The notes: a model not told the origin generated them from the letters alone. A DNA stretch of 23,607 nt from PVC group bacterium (GCA_043804695.1 JAZDIV010000081.1:1-23607), one strand, 5' to 3'; counted from the first letter of the stretch, positions 1 through 9,190 are shown. Translations and numbers: made by a program.

Positions 1-2
1 AT

Positions 3-752
3 CGTCGTCACAAGCGGGTGGGACATCTCTATCAGGGGAGATACAAGGCGTTTCTGATCGACGCCGATAATTATCTCCTGGCGGTATCACGGTATATCCA
101 TCTCAACCCGGTTCGGATTAAAGCCTATTCAAAGAAGTCGGATCGGAAAATTAAGGATGCCCTTTTGAAATATAAGTGGAGCAGCCTGGCGGGTTATCTC
201 TCAACGAAGAATAAAACGGAGTTTATTGATTATCGAATAATTCTGGATTACATGGGGGGAAATAATCGCACGGGGAGGGAGGCATACCGCAGATTTGTTA
301 CCCGGGAGATTGGCAGGGAAGAGGAGAGTCCGTTAGCAGTGGGAAAGGGGCATGGGATTGTGGGAGATGAGAAGTTCATTGAATGGGTGAAGGAGAGATT
401 TATAAGGAAGGCGGGGACGACGAGAGAACAGCCGGCGAGCAAAGAATTACAAAAAGTATGTAAGCCTGAGGAGTTGATTGAACATTTCGCGCGGTTAAGT
501 GGAATCTCCCGGGAGGAGATTTGCCGGAGAGGGAAGAGATCGGTCGAACGGGCAATGCTGATGGAATTGTTGTATCGGCTTTGTTCGATCGCGCAACCGG
601 AGATCGGAAGATTGGTGGGAGGAATCGACTATAGCGCGGTCAGCCAGGCCCGGAAGAGATTTCAGAAGCGGATGAGGGATAATCCGGAAGCGAGAAGAAA
701 ATTCGAAAAACTAAATGATCAGTTGATCAAATTGTCAAGAGGAAAGATTTGA
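3..752 (+). mobile_element. RAYT / IS200-like Y1 HUH transposase with C-terminal DnaA-C-like HTH, 5'-truncated by the window
   Basis: Frame open from the window edge (RRHKRVGHLYQGRYKA). Motifs RYIHLNPVR (catalytic Tyr region) and YKWSS; C-terminal QPEIGRLVGGIDYSAVSQARKRF helix-turn-helix. The HUH motif would lie upstream of the window. Confidence 0.85.
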
Positions 753-787
753 CCCCAACGGACCCCCCAACGGACCCCAACGGACCC
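751..787 (+). repeat. Short tandem repeat GACCCC(CC)AACG x3 plus a partial copy, starting in the transposase stop codon
   Basis: gaccccaacg gaccccccaacg gaccccaacg gaccc. Confidence 0.85.
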
Positions 788-828
788 GCGCAGATCACGG
801 GCTGACGGTAGGAGATCCTGTGCTGTCC

Positions 829-1080
829 TCAGCCGTGGGCCACGAGCGTACGCAGAGCCCTGTTCACGGACTCAGAGTCCGGGAAGCGAGCCTTCAGGTC
901 TGGGTCAAGCATCACTGCACCATCCTCGATGGTGAAATGGCGCTCCTCCACCGAGCCGTCTGTCTTTGTCATCCGGACCGTGTGACCTGCCCTGTAGGCA
1001 CGGTAGTGCTTGCCTCTGACTCCCCCAGAAAAGTCGTACTCCTCTCTCATTTCCATCGTGTTGTCATCTGATTTGCTCAT
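829..1080 (-). CDS. BrnA-like antitoxin
   Basis: MREEYDFSGGVRGKHY...LDPDLKARFPDSESVNRALR; overlaps the 3' end of the BrnT gene. Confidence 0.75.
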   Translation of the reverse strand: MSKSDDNTMEMREEYDFSGGVRGKHYRAYRAGHTVRMTKTDGSVEERHFTIEDGAVMLDPDLKARFPDSESVNRALRTLVAHG

Positions 1081-1351
1081 CTCTGTAACACTCCTGTTCC
1101 GCTGGCGTTGCCTTGCGGCAGCCGATTATGCGTATATGATCGTGTCTCTCAGTATACCATACCACAACAAATCTCCCTTTTGACGAGAATCCGATGTCAA
1201 TCCATCTGTCTTCGCGCCCCGAATGGTCTGGATCGGGGATCGTTACCGCGAACGGGTCATTGAAGACAGTCTTGCCTTCATAGAAGGTGATCCCATGCTT
1301 CGCCTCATTGCGGCGGGCCTTGTCTTCGTCCCATTCAAATATTAGATCCAT
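1064..1351 (-). CDS. brnT: BrnT family toxin (DUF497)
   Basis: FEWDEDKARRNEAKHGITF...IRIIGCRKAT; start could also be 1357. Confidence 0.85.
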   Translation of the reverse strand: MDLIFEWDEDKARRNEAKHGITFYEGKTVFNDPFAVTIPDPDHSGREDRWIDIGFSSKGRFVVVWYTERHDHIRIIGCRKATPAEQECYRDEQIR

Positions 1352-1418
1352 CACCATCTCTTTCAATGTGAATAGTGTTTTATCCCATCGTGCGGGTCAT
1401 GATGGATAAGACACGGTT

Positions 1419-1619
1419 TTACTCTTCGTCTTTCAGGAAATCGAAAGATGGGGAAGAAGCGGCCATTGCGAGAATATACGTGGTATCCTCATCGATCGGA
1501 GGAGGATTAACAATAATCCTTTTAAAATGATATTCCGATATTTGAGGTGAGGTGTAACTATCCGCTTTCTTTTGAAAACGGATAAGTCGTACCGTATCCA
1601 TTGTTCCGGCTATAGTCAT
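1419..1619 (-). CDS. Small hypothetical protein, possibly antitoxin-like
   Basis: 66 aa ORF with AGGGG upstream and an acidic SFDFLKDEE tail; lies between two TA pairs. Confidence 0.35.
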   Translation of the reverse strand: MTIAGTMDTVRLIRFQKKADSYTSPQISEYHFKRIIVNPPPIDEDTTYILAMAASSPSFDFLKDEE

Positions 1620-1818
1620 GTTTTCTTACCCCCTATCAGGCGCACCATAAATCTCTTATGAAATAACATTGCACCGTCACAAAGAAATTCGAATGAATAA
1701 TTACCCGGTTCCGGGAAGACCAGGTTGCGAAAACAAAAATCCAATTCAATTACGTCATTAGGATTATTAAAATCTACTGGGCCATTAGTTTTTGCGATAG
1801 TTTTTCCGGTCGATTCGT

Positions 1819-2196
1819 TTATGTAGTGGTTGACTCTGGTTGTCCGGTAATTCCCAGCACCTTCGCGGCTGTCTGGAGCTTGCGATCCCTGGTCCAGAGC
1901 GCTACGCGGCTTAACAGTGCCGAAGAGAGGAGATGCACGTCGATCCAGCCGATGCCGCTGCCTTGCAGGCTATGGATCTCGACCAGATGCAGAGCCTCCG
2001 AGTGGGACGCTGCCTTCACGGGCGGCAGCGATGAGAGAAGCGTCATAATCTCTGTCCGGTTGGCGAGGTTCCCGCACGCCAACTCGCCAATAACAAACGG
2101 GTGAGTGGTTACCTCCCCGGCGCCCAGCAAATCGACGAGAAGGGGAATCCCCCGCCGCAGATGATCGACCCAGACCGACGTATCCACCAGGATCAT
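1819..2196 (-). CDS. vapC: VapC PIN-domain toxin
   Basis: MILVDTSVWVDHLR...HPFVIGELACG...IGWIDVHLL...LWTRD. Confidence 0.9.
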   Translation of the reverse strand: MILVDTSVWVDHLRRGIPLLVDLLGAGEVTTHPFVIGELACGNLANRTEIMTLLSSLPPVKAASHSEALHLVEIHSLQGSGIGWIDVHLLSSALLSRVALWTRDRKLQTAAKVLGITGQPESTTT

Positions 2197-2206
2197 GGCG
2201 GCCCTC

Positions 2207-2395
2207 CTACGGTCGGCGGCGCGGGATCGGTCTGAGGTTTTGCTCAGTTCCGCCCAGACGGGCCAGACGCTTTGCGCTCTCCAGCGAGACAAGGGCTTCC
2301 AGACCCATGCGCACCAGAGATGTCTTCTCCTTTACCCCGGTGAGGTTGGCAGCCCGCCTCAAAATCCGATCGTCTATATTGAGAGTTGTTCTCAT
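2207..2395 (-). CDS. vapB: VapB antitoxin
   Basis: MRTTLNIDDRILRRAANLTGVKEKTSLVRMGLEAL, directly upstream of vapC. Confidence 0.9.
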   Translation of the reverse strand: MRTTLNIDDRILRRAANLTGVKEKTSLVRMGLEALVSLESAKRLARLGGTEQNLRPIPRRRP

Positions 2396-2402
2396 ACATA
2401 CG

Positions 2403-2431
2403 AATATGCCTTACCCATACATCATTGGCAA
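2403..2431 (-). promoter_or_regulatory. Putative sigma70 promoter of vapBC (leaderless)
   Basis: Minus strand TTGCCA-17 nt-CATATT, 7 nt before ATG, no SD. Confidence 0.5.
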
Positions 2432-2492
2432 GTGCTTTTTTCTGACATAACGATTTAGGGAGTACTTGAGCAAGAAGCCAAGACATTCCAGT

Positions 2493-3962
2493 TTAATAAG
2501 GTCCGGGGCGGTCTTCCCACCCGCCGGCGACGGGGGCTATCTGATCCAGCCTTTTTTTCCAGAAGAGGTAGAAAGCCACCAGCATGGCCATGAGAAGCAG
2601 GAGGGAGACCTCGTAAATCGAGGCGCGCCACGGATTGCCGGTCAGGTTCATGCCCAGCAGCCCCCCGGCGATGGAGGGGATCAGCCCCAGGCAGGTGATC
2701 ACCGCCAGCATCCTCATCACCCGGTTCATGTTGAGAGAGACGGTGTTGATGGAGAGATCGATCAGGGAAACGATCCTTTCCCTGGTGTTGTCGGAGATCT
2801 CGTACAGGTAGGCGGATTCATCGGAAAGTTTCTTGAACAGGACGAGCTGTTCGCTCCCGGCGCAGTCCAGGGCGACCGCGCGTTCCCGGAGCTCGACCAG
2901 CACCTGGCAGGAGTGGCGAAGGATGTTGTTGATGTCGGTGATCATCCGCTTCAGGGAAAAAGTTTCATCGAGGAAAGACTGCTTCAGTTTCCCCGCCGGT
3001 TCTTCTTCGAGCATGATGGTCTCCTGCTCGATCGCGTCCAGGATGTCTTCGTAATCCCGGTTCTTCAAGGCAAGGATCGAGACCAGGACCTTCAGGCTGA
3101 AGCCTTCGCCTTCCGGCTGCAGCCTGGTTTCAGTCAGCCGCGGCAGCAGGTCGCTGTCCCCGGCGGAAAGGGTCACGATCAGTTTCCCGGAGCAGATGAT
3201 CAGGAAGTTGCCTCTCCGGATGACGAGGTCCCTCACGCCCCCTCCGGCCGTGACCAAGCGCGAGTCCTTGACCAGGATGCTGGTGAAACGGGGGTAGTAG
3301 TCGATCTGGGGAAAGGTCTCCTTGAGCACCTTGCTCTGGAGCTCGAACCCGGGGATCTGGAGAGCGGAGCAGATCGCGTCCAGGTCGAGCGCGGACACTT
3401 CCTGAAGGTCGATCCAGGACGGCGCCGTCCTTTGGGCCAGAGAGGCCAGATCCTCGCGCCGGGAGGGGACCGCTTTCAGGCTCTCGTCGATCAGGGTGAC
3501 CCGCAGGCGCGACTGCGGCGGCGCCGGGGGAGCCCGCCGCCGCGCCGGGGCGGCCCGTCCCACGGTCCTGCCGGCGACAGCGAAGAGACGGCTCAGCCGG
3601 ATCAGCCGGAGGAGCGGGGCGAACCTCCCTCCGCCGGGGATGTCGGGGACGAAGTCGAGCAGGGCGAGAATGACGATGACGAGGTCGAGGAGGTGCCAGG
3701 GGTTCAGGAAAAACCGGCGCCGGTCATCGGCCGCCCACAGCTTGAGGACGTATTCGGCGACGAACATCGCAATGACGAAGTAATTAACGGCGAGGAAGAC
3801 GGTGATGGTGAAGGAGGAGAAGGTGAAGATCAGGGGCAAGAGGGTGGCGGGGATGAGAAGAAGGGCGAGCAGCACCATCAGGTCGTCGCTGAAAACCGCA
3901 TAGATCTTTTTCCGCAGCCTGCTGCGGAGGCTCTCCCCCCGGCCGACGCGATCGGATTCCAT
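2493..3962 (-). CDS. Ion_trans (voltage-sensor-like S1-S4) domain fused to a CorA-family divalent cation transporter
   Basis: N-terminal helices with FVAEYVLKLWAA, FFLNPWHLLDLVIV and S4-like LLRLIRLSRLF. C-terminal CorA features WIDL, MNRVMRMLAVIT and GMN followed by a last TM. GGAG upstream of ATG 3962. Confidence 0.85.
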   Translation of the reverse strand: MESDRVGRGESLRSRLRKKIYAVFSDDLMVLLALLLIPATLLPLIFTFSSFTITVFLAVNYFVIAMFVAEYVLKLWAADDRRRFFLNPWHLLDLVIVILALLDFVPDIPGGGRFAPLLRLIRLSRLFAVAGRTVGRAAPARRRAPPAPPQSRLRVTLIDESLKAVPSRREDLASLAQRTAPSWIDLQEVSALDLDAICSALQIPGFELQSKVLKETFPQIDYYPRFTSILVKDSRLVTAGGGVRDLVIRRGNFLIICSGKLIVTLSAGDSDLLPRLTETRLQPEGEGFSLKVLVSILALKNRDYEDILDAIEQETIMLEEEPAGKLKQSFLDETFSLKRMITDINNILRHSCQVLVELRERAVALDCAGSEQLVLFKKLSDESAYLYEISDNTRERIVSLIDLSINTVSLNMNRVMRMLAVITCLGLIPSIAGGLLGMNLTGNPWRASIYEVSLLLLMAMLVAFYLFWKKRLDQIAPVAGGWEDRPGPY

Positions 3963-4022
3963 ACCTGCTCCAGCGGTAAAGAGTGAATGAAAGGTGAAAG
4001 GCCCACCCGATGTTTGCCGGAA

Positions 4023-4050
4023 AGTATAGCAGAAAATCATTTGCCGTCAA
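4023..4050 (-). promoter_or_regulatory. Putative sigma70 promoter for the sensor-CorA gene
   Basis: Minus strand TTGACG-16 nt-TATACT with extended TGn. Confidence 0.6.
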
Positions 4051-4098
4051 TATGCCCGGGAAACAAAGCATCCCCCGGGGCGGGCTCCCATAAAGAAC

Positions 4099-4128
4099 TT
4101 GAAATCCGCTCCCGTGATGGGGCATAAT
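4099..4128 (+). promoter_or_regulatory. Putative sigma70 promoter for the NtrC-family regulator
   Basis: TTGAAA-18 nt-CATAAT, 10 nt before ATG 4139. Confidence 0.4.
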
Positions 4129-4138
4129 CGGGACCTTT

Positions 4139-5527
4139 ATGAAGGCAGGCAGCGAACAGAACAGGGCCGGCATCCTGGTCGTCGAGGACGATCCGGAGAC
4201 TCGCTCGATGCTGGTCACGGCGGCGAGGTCTTACGGGTACGACGTCGCCGAGGCCGGCGACGGGGAATCGGCCCGGGCCCTTCTGGAGAAGAGGAAATAC
4301 GACCTGGTGATCACCGACCTGGTGATGCCCGGCGTCAGGGGCACGGAACTGATCTCTTTCATCCGGAAGACCGCCCCGGGGAGCGCGGTGGTGGTGATGA
4401 CCGCCCACGCCTCGGTCAAGATCGCCCGGGAGTGCGTGAAAGAGGGCGCCGCCGCTTTTATCGTGAAGCCGTTCACGATGGAGCAGATGCACTACGTGGC
4501 GGAGACCGCCCTGATGGGGAAGAAGCTGATGGAGGAGAAGGAGACCAGCTACGAAGACCTGATCCTGGAGAACAGCTTCTTCGACCTGGTCGGCGAGAGC
4601 GTGGAGATGAAGAAGATCTACCACACGATCCTCACCCTGGCCGGAACCGACAGCCCGGTGGTCATCTGCGGGGAAACCGGGACCGGGAAGGAACTGGTGG
4701 CCCGGGCCATTCACCTGAACAGCGACCGACGGGAGAGGGAGATGCTGGTGGTTGATTGCGCGACCCTCTCCGAACCTCTTCTCCAGAGCGAACTCTTCGG
4801 GCATGTGAAGGGGGCGTTCACCGGAGCGTACAAGGACAGGGAGGGGCTGCTGAAGGCGGGGGATCAAAGCACCATTTTTCTCGACGAGATCAGCGAGATC
4901 AGCCCCCAGTCCCAGGCCAGCCTGCTCCGGTTTCTCCAGGGCGGGGAGTTCCGGCCGGTGGGGGGAACCGGCACGCAGAGATCAAACGCCCGGATCCTGG
5001 CCGCCACCAACGTGAATCTGGAAGACCGGATGGCCGCCGGCGTCTTCCGCGAGGACCTCTATCACCGCCTGAACGTGCTGACCGTCGTTCTCCCCCCGCT
5101 CCGGGAGCGGCGGGAGGACATACCCCTGCTCAGCTATTATTTCCTCAGGAACTTCGCCCGGCAGCAGGGAAAGCCCGTAAAAAACATCTCGTCCGCCGCG
5201 ATGAGCCTCCTGATGGCCGGGCAATGGCCGGGCAATGTCCGGGAACTGGAGAACACGATCGAGCGGGCGGTCACTTTCTGCCCGGCCGACAGCATCCTCC
5301 CCTGCCATCTCTACCCGGGGTCGCCGCCGGCCGGCAACGGGGAGGAGCCCTCCCCGGTCCTGAACCTGAACGACGCGCTCCACCACGCGGAGAAGTCGCA
5401 GATCCTGAAAGCGCTCCGGATGAGCAAGGGGAACAAGCAGAACGCGGCCCGGATGCTGGGGATCGACCGGATCACGCTCTGGCGGAAGATCAAAAATTAC
5501 GATCTGCTGATCCCGCCGTACTCATAA
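4139..5527 (+). CDS. Sigma54-dependent response regulator (REC-AAA+-Fis HTH, NtrC/AtoC family)
   Basis: ILVVEDD and DLVITDLVMPG receiver motifs; GETGTGKE, ELFGHVKGAFTGA, FLDEI, WPGNVREL; C-terminal AARMLGIDRITLWRK. Confidence 0.95.
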   Translation: MKAGSEQNRAGILVVEDDPETRSMLVTAARSYGYDVAEAGDGESARALLEKRKYDLVITDLVMPGVRGTELISFIRKTAPGSAVVVMTAHASVKIARECVKEGAAAFIVKPFTMEQMHYVAETALMGKKLMEEKETSYEDLILENSFFDLVGESVEMKKIYHTILTLAGTDSPVVICGETGTGKELVARAIHLNSDRREREMLVVDCATLSEPLLQSELFGHVKGAFTGAYKDREGLLKAGDQSTIFLDEISEISPQSQASLLRFLQGGEFRPVGGTGTQRSNARILAATNVNLEDRMAAGVFREDLYHRLNVLTVVLPPLRERREDIPLLSYYFLRNFARQQGKPVKNISSAAMSLLMAGQWPGNVRELENTIERAVTFCPADSILPCHLYPGSPPAGNGEEPSPVLNLNDALHHAEKSQILKALRMSKGNKQNAARMLGIDRITLWRKIKNYDLLIPPYS

Positions 5528-5530
5528 TCA

Positions 5531-5649
5531 GCCACTAAGACACCAAGTCACCAAGGGAACCCGAGTAATGAAGGATGAGGATGTCTATTCTGTGTGGATG
5601 CTATCCTTATCTTGTTCATTATTTCTTGGTGTCTTAGTGTCTTGGTGGC
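5531..5649. repeat. Palindromic element with arms of three CACYAAGW octamers
   Basis: 5531-5555 versus reverse complement of 5625-5649: 22/25 match. Confidence 0.85.
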
Positions 5650-5683
5650 ATTAAAGAGTCCCGCTAAGGGGGCGCCCATTTTA

Positions 5684-5767
5684 GCCGGGGTGGTGGAATG
5701 GCAGACACAAGGGACTTAAAATCCCTTGGCACCCAGTGCCGTGCGGGTTCGAGTCCCGCCCCCGGCA
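5684..5767 (+). tRNA. tRNA-Leu (anticodon TAA), CCA not encoded
   Basis: GCCGGGG/CCCCGGC acceptor stem, anticodon arm AGGGA-CTTAAAA-TCCCT, long variable arm, GGTTCGAGTCC T-arm. Confidence 0.97.
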
Positions 5768-5828
5768 TTTTATTTTCATTCCCCCACCACCGTCTCGAAG
5801 GGACGGTGGTGGGGGAATGAAAATAAAA
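5768..5828. repeat. Perfect 27-bp inverted repeat after the tRNA (CCACCACCG family; possible terminator)
   Basis: ttttattttcattcccccaccaccgtc-tcgaagg-gacggtggtgggggaatgaaaataaaa. Confidence 0.85.
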
Positions 5829-5839
5829 ACATATACCAA

Positions 5840-6754
5840 GTGATCAGTGACAACCGAAAAATCGTTGTTGGGTTTAGCCTCGCCCTGCTTTTATTCCTGC
5901 TTGGTTTTGCCGGTCTGTCCACCGCAGATGAAGAAATTGCGGTAATAGACTCGACCGGCACGAAGCTTTCTTTCACTCAACCACCGGAAAGAATCGTCTC
6001 CCTCAACCCCGACTTCACGGAGAACGCGGCCGCGCTGGGCGCCGCCGGGCACCTGGTCGGGATAACCGATTACTGCCGCTGGCCGGAAAAGGCCGCCGCC
6101 CCGAAGCGGGTCGGCGGGCTCTGGCACCCGAACCTGGAACGGATCGTCGCCCTCCGGCCGGACCTGGTGCTGGCCACCCGCGAAGGCAATGACCCTGAGA
6201 CAGTCGCCGCGATCAGGGGCCTCTCCATCTCGGTGTACGTCGCGGGCCCGCCCGCCGGCTTCAACGATTATTTCGCCTTTCTTGGTCAGCTGGGCCTTAT
6301 CCTGGACCGGGAGGCCGAGGCCGGGACGCTGATCGCAAGCATGACGTCCCTGATCGACCGCCTCCGGGCGGAAGCCGCCGGCCGCCCCCGGAAGACCGTC
6401 TTTTTCCAGATCGGGATGAGGCCGCTGATCACGGCGGGGAAAGGCACTCTGATTAATGAGATGATCGACATCGCCGGGGGAAAGAACATTGCCGGGGATC
6501 TGTCCGTCCGCTATCCCGCCTTCAGCCGGGAACGGGTGCTGGCTGCTGACCCGGGGGTGATCATCATCGCCGCCGCCGGGAGCGAGGCGGAGGAGGGGAC
6601 GGCCTTCTGGAAGACATTCCCCGAACTCCGGGCGGTCAGGAGCGGCCGAGTCTTCGCCGTCAACCCGGATGATGTCTGCCGGCTCGGTCCCGGGCTCATG
6701 GAAGGATTGAAGCAGATCGCTGCCTGTATCAGGGGAGAAGGGGATAAAGAATGA
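5840..6754 (+). CDS. btuF: Cobalamin/iron-chelate ABC substrate-binding protein (BtuF-like)
   Basis: Signal peptide; PPERIVSLNPDFTE, VGITDYC, PNLERIVALRPDLV, IAGGKNI, AVRSGRVF. GTG 5840 chosen because the longer ORF overlaps the tRNA. Confidence 0.8.
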   Translation: MISDNRKIVVGFSLALLLFLLGFAGLSTADEEIAVIDSTGTKLSFTQPPERIVSLNPDFTENAAALGAAGHLVGITDYCRWPEKAAAPKRVGGLWHPNLERIVALRPDLVLATREGNDPETVAAIRGLSISVYVAGPPAGFNDYFAFLGQLGLILDREAEAGTLIASMTSLIDRLRAEAAGRPRKTVFFQIGMRPLITAGKGTLINEMIDIAGGKNIAGDLSVRYPAFSRERVLAADPGVIIIAAAGSEAEEGTAFWKTFPELRAVRSGRVFAVNPDDVCRLGPGLMEGLKQIAACIRGEGDKE

Positions 6755-6915
6755 GCGTTGAAAGCCCTCTGCCCACTGGTTACTTCCCAAAACGAACATT
6801 GAATGTCATGGGAAAAGGTGGGCTAATAAATTATATTCTTTGGGGTATGTGTTGGCTGAGATGATAAGGCTTTTTTATAATGTTGCCTCGGTGGAAATAT
6901 TTTTGTTAACCAACA

Positions 6916-6944
6916 GCCCCCCCGACTGAATCAGTCGGGGGGGC
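6916..6944. repeat. Perfect 14-bp inverted repeat
   Basis: gcccccccgactga-a-tcagtcgggggggc. Confidence 0.85.
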
Positions 6945-6953
6945 AATATAAAG

Positions 6954-6970
6954 TAGCGCCGAAGGCGCTA
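6954..6970 (+). repeat. TAGCGCC-GAA-GGCGCTA mini-hairpin (copy 1)
   Basis: 7 nt before btuC ATG. Confidence 0.85.
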
Positions 6971-6977
6971 ATTTATA

Positions 6978-7994
6978 ATGCTCAAAACCCCCGCTCAACG
7001 AACAGTCCTGATGTTTGCCCTTCTGGCTGCTCTTCTCCTCGTCGCCTTCGTCTCTCTCCATCTCGGTGACGTCACGCTCCCGTTCTCCCGGGTGGCCCGG
7101 ATGGCGGCCGGGGCCCTGGCCGGGAACCCGGAGCATTCACCCGCCGCCACCATCGTCTTCCGCCTGCGGCTCCCGCGGATCATCCTGGGGATCGCGGTCG
7201 GCGGCGGTCTGGCGGTGGCCGGCCTCCTCTTCCAGGGGCTGTTCCGGAACCCCCTGGTGGAGCCGTACACGCTGGGAGTTTCCGGGGGGGCGGCCCTGGG
7301 GGTCAGCCTGGGGTTTCTGGCCGGCGCCCGCCTTCCCCGGTTCTCCCTCCCTTTTCTCGGGTTTGCCGGGGCTTGGCTGGCGGTCTCGCTGGCATATGCC
7401 ATCGCCCGCCGCCGGAAGTTCCTCAAGATCCCGTACCTGCTCCTGGTCGGGGTGATGATCTCGTTCATCTCGTCGTCTTTGATCATGCTCCTTCTCTCGG
7501 TGGTGAGCCTGAGCCGGTTCCGGGCGGTCATCTACTGGACCATGGGCTCCCTGCAGGCGGCCGATCCCTCTCTGCTCTTGCTGGTCGTCCCCGTCATCTT
7601 GCTGGGGACGGCGGCATCCATGACCCTGGCCTGGACCCTGAACGCCCTCCAGCTGGGCGAGGAGGGGGCGCTCCATCTTGGGATCAGATTGGAGCGCGAG
7701 AAGAAATGGCTCTTTTTTCTGGGATCGCTCCTGGCCGGGACCGCGGTCGCGGTCGCCGGGGTGATCGGGTTTGTCGGCTTGGTGGTCCCTCATGTCATGC
7801 GTCTGATCTTCGGAAACGATCACCGGGTCCTGATCCCGGCATCCTTCCTGGCCGGGGGGGCCTTCCTGCTCCTCTGCGATACGGCGGCCCGGACGATCGT
7901 CTCGCCGGTGGAGCTGCCGGTGGGCGTGGTCACCGGGATCGCGGGGGGAGGGCTTTTTATCTATCTGTTAAGCCGGAATCATGAGGGAAGATAA
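6978..7994 (+). CDS. btuC: FecCD/BtuC ABC permease
   Basis: LRLPRII, QGLFRNPLVEPYTLGVSGGA, GVIGFVGLVVPH, ELPVGVVT. Confidence 0.9.
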   Translation: MLKTPAQRTVLMFALLAALLLVAFVSLHLGDVTLPFSRVARMAAGALAGNPEHSPAATIVFRLRLPRIILGIAVGGGLAVAGLLFQGLFRNPLVEPYTLGVSGGAALGVSLGFLAGARLPRFSLPFLGFAGAWLAVSLAYAIARRRKFLKIPYLLLVGVMISFISSSLIMLLLSVVSLSRFRAVIYWTMGSLQAADPSLLLLVVPVILLGTAASMTLAWTLNALQLGEEGALHLGIRLEREKKWLFFLGSLLAGTAVAVAGVIGFVGLVVPHVMRLIFGNDHRVLIPASFLAGGAFLLLCDTAARTIVSPVELPVGVVTGIAGGGLFIYLLSRNHEGR

Positions 7995-8020
7995 TGAACA
8001 TCGAACGTAATATGGGAGAT

Positions 8021-8092
8021 GTAAGCAGTGAGCGGTAAGCGGTGAGCGGTATTTGCCGGGCCACCGCTTACTGCTCACCGCTAACCGCTTAC
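8021..8092. repeat. Palindromic element with arms of four GTRAGCR heptamers
   Basis: gtaagca gtgagcg gtaagcg gtgagcg ... cgcttac tgctcac cgctaac cgcttac. Confidence 0.85.
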
Positions 8093-8135
8093 CCTGAAAC
8101 CTACCCGTCACCGGGGACTGATTACTATAAATAAA

Positions 8136-8939
8136 GTGAACGGAGAAACCCATGACAATCAGGAACTGTTGACCGCCCAAAACCTGTCCGCCGGCTACGG
8201 GAAGGAAACCATCCTTCGGGGGATCAACCTTGTCATCCGCCGGGGAGAGTTTATCGGCGTGGCCGGCCCCAACGGATCGGGGAAAACAACCCTGGTCCGG
8301 GCCCTGACCGGCGTCATCGGCCGCCGGGAGGGGACCCTCCGCTGGCGGGGGCGGCCGCTGGAGGACTGGGGGCCGAAGGAGATCTCCCGCTCCCTGGCGG
8401 TGGTCTCCCAGAACCCCGGGGGGGAGATTGACCTCCCGGTGGAGGATCTGGTCATGCTGGGCCGGATCCCCCATTTCCGGACCTTCCAGTGGCGCCCGTC
8501 ACCCCGGGACCGGGCGGCGGCCGACCGGGCGCTGGCGGCGACAGAGACGGCGGTCCTGCGGGAGAAGAACTTCCGGAATCTCAGCGGCGGCGAACAGCAG
8601 CGGGTGCTGATCGCCGCCGCCCTGGCCCAGGAGCCGGATCTGCTTTTCCTCGACGAGCCCACCCAGCACCTGGACATCAGCTACCAGATCGGGATTTTCC
8701 GCCTCCTGGGAGAGCTGAACCGGGAGCGCGGGGTGACGGTCTTCGTCATCCTCCACGATTTAAATCTGGCATCCGCCTACTGCCATCGGCTAATCTACCT
8801 GAAAAACGGAGAGGTCTGGAAAGACGGGCAGCCCCGGGACCTGATCTCCCGGGAATACCTCTCGGAACTCTACCGGGCGCGGGTGGAGGTCCTCCATCAT
8901 CCCGAAACGGGGCGCCCGCTGCTTTTCCCGGGAACGTAA
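8136..8939 (+). CDS. btuD: ABC ATPase (BtuD/FepC family)
   Basis: GPNGSGKT, LSGGEQQR, FLDEPT, LHDLNLA. Confidence 0.9.
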   Translation: MNGETHDNQELLTAQNLSAGYGKETILRGINLVIRRGEFIGVAGPNGSGKTTLVRALTGVIGRREGTLRWRGRPLEDWGPKEISRSLAVVSQNPGGEIDLPVEDLVMLGRIPHFRTFQWRPSPRDRAAADRALAATETAVLREKNFRNLSGGEQQRVLIAAALAQEPDLLFLDEPTQHLDISYQIGIFRLLGELNRERGVTVFVILHDLNLASAYCHRLIYLKNGEVWKDGQPRDLISREYLSELYRARVEVLHHPETGRPLLFPGT

Positions 8940-9155
8940 ATAAGCGTACCTGAAAATCAGGGGACCAGTAGGAAGGGCATCAGAATATCAGGAGATCAGG
9001 CACGGTAGGTCGGCCTCCCCTGATAACCTGATATCCTGGTATTCTTCCCACTGATATTCAGGTAACCTGATATCTACTTCGAGGATAATCAACACATCCA
9101 GTTAATTCCCCGGACATCGCCAAAATAAAAATTAGCGCGAAACGCTAAATTCCTT
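8940..9155 (+). repeat. ~216-bp dispersed element, ATCAG family, copy 1 (ends in mini-hairpin copy 2 at 9132-9148)
   Basis: Colinear over its full length with 15150-15366. Confidence 0.85.
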
Positions 9156-9190
9156 ATTATCTGGTGCTTGTTATTTGGGATTTACGCGAG

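Noticed and set aside
780..2460. Integron cassette array
   Set aside because: No convincing attC sites and no integrase in the window.
2466..3986. 506-aa + strand ORF and other long overlapping ORFs (e.g. 4037-4867, 5891-6799, 13615-14778, 21216-22376)
   Set aside because: Antisense shadows of well-supported GC-rich genes, with no recognisable motifs.
5684..5828. tRNA-anchored integrative element
   Set aside because: No integrase and no duplicated tRNA 3' end noticed in the window.
6755..6830. Possible cobalamin riboswitch (GCCCACTG...TGGGAAAAGG)
   Set aside because: No recognisable B12 box or 5' core; only an imperfect hairpin. An Rfam scan would settle it.
6905..6950. IS200/IS605 or IscB omega-RNA-like end
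   Set aside because: Only a short hairpin resemblance; no tnpB/iscB ORF or extended RNA nearby.
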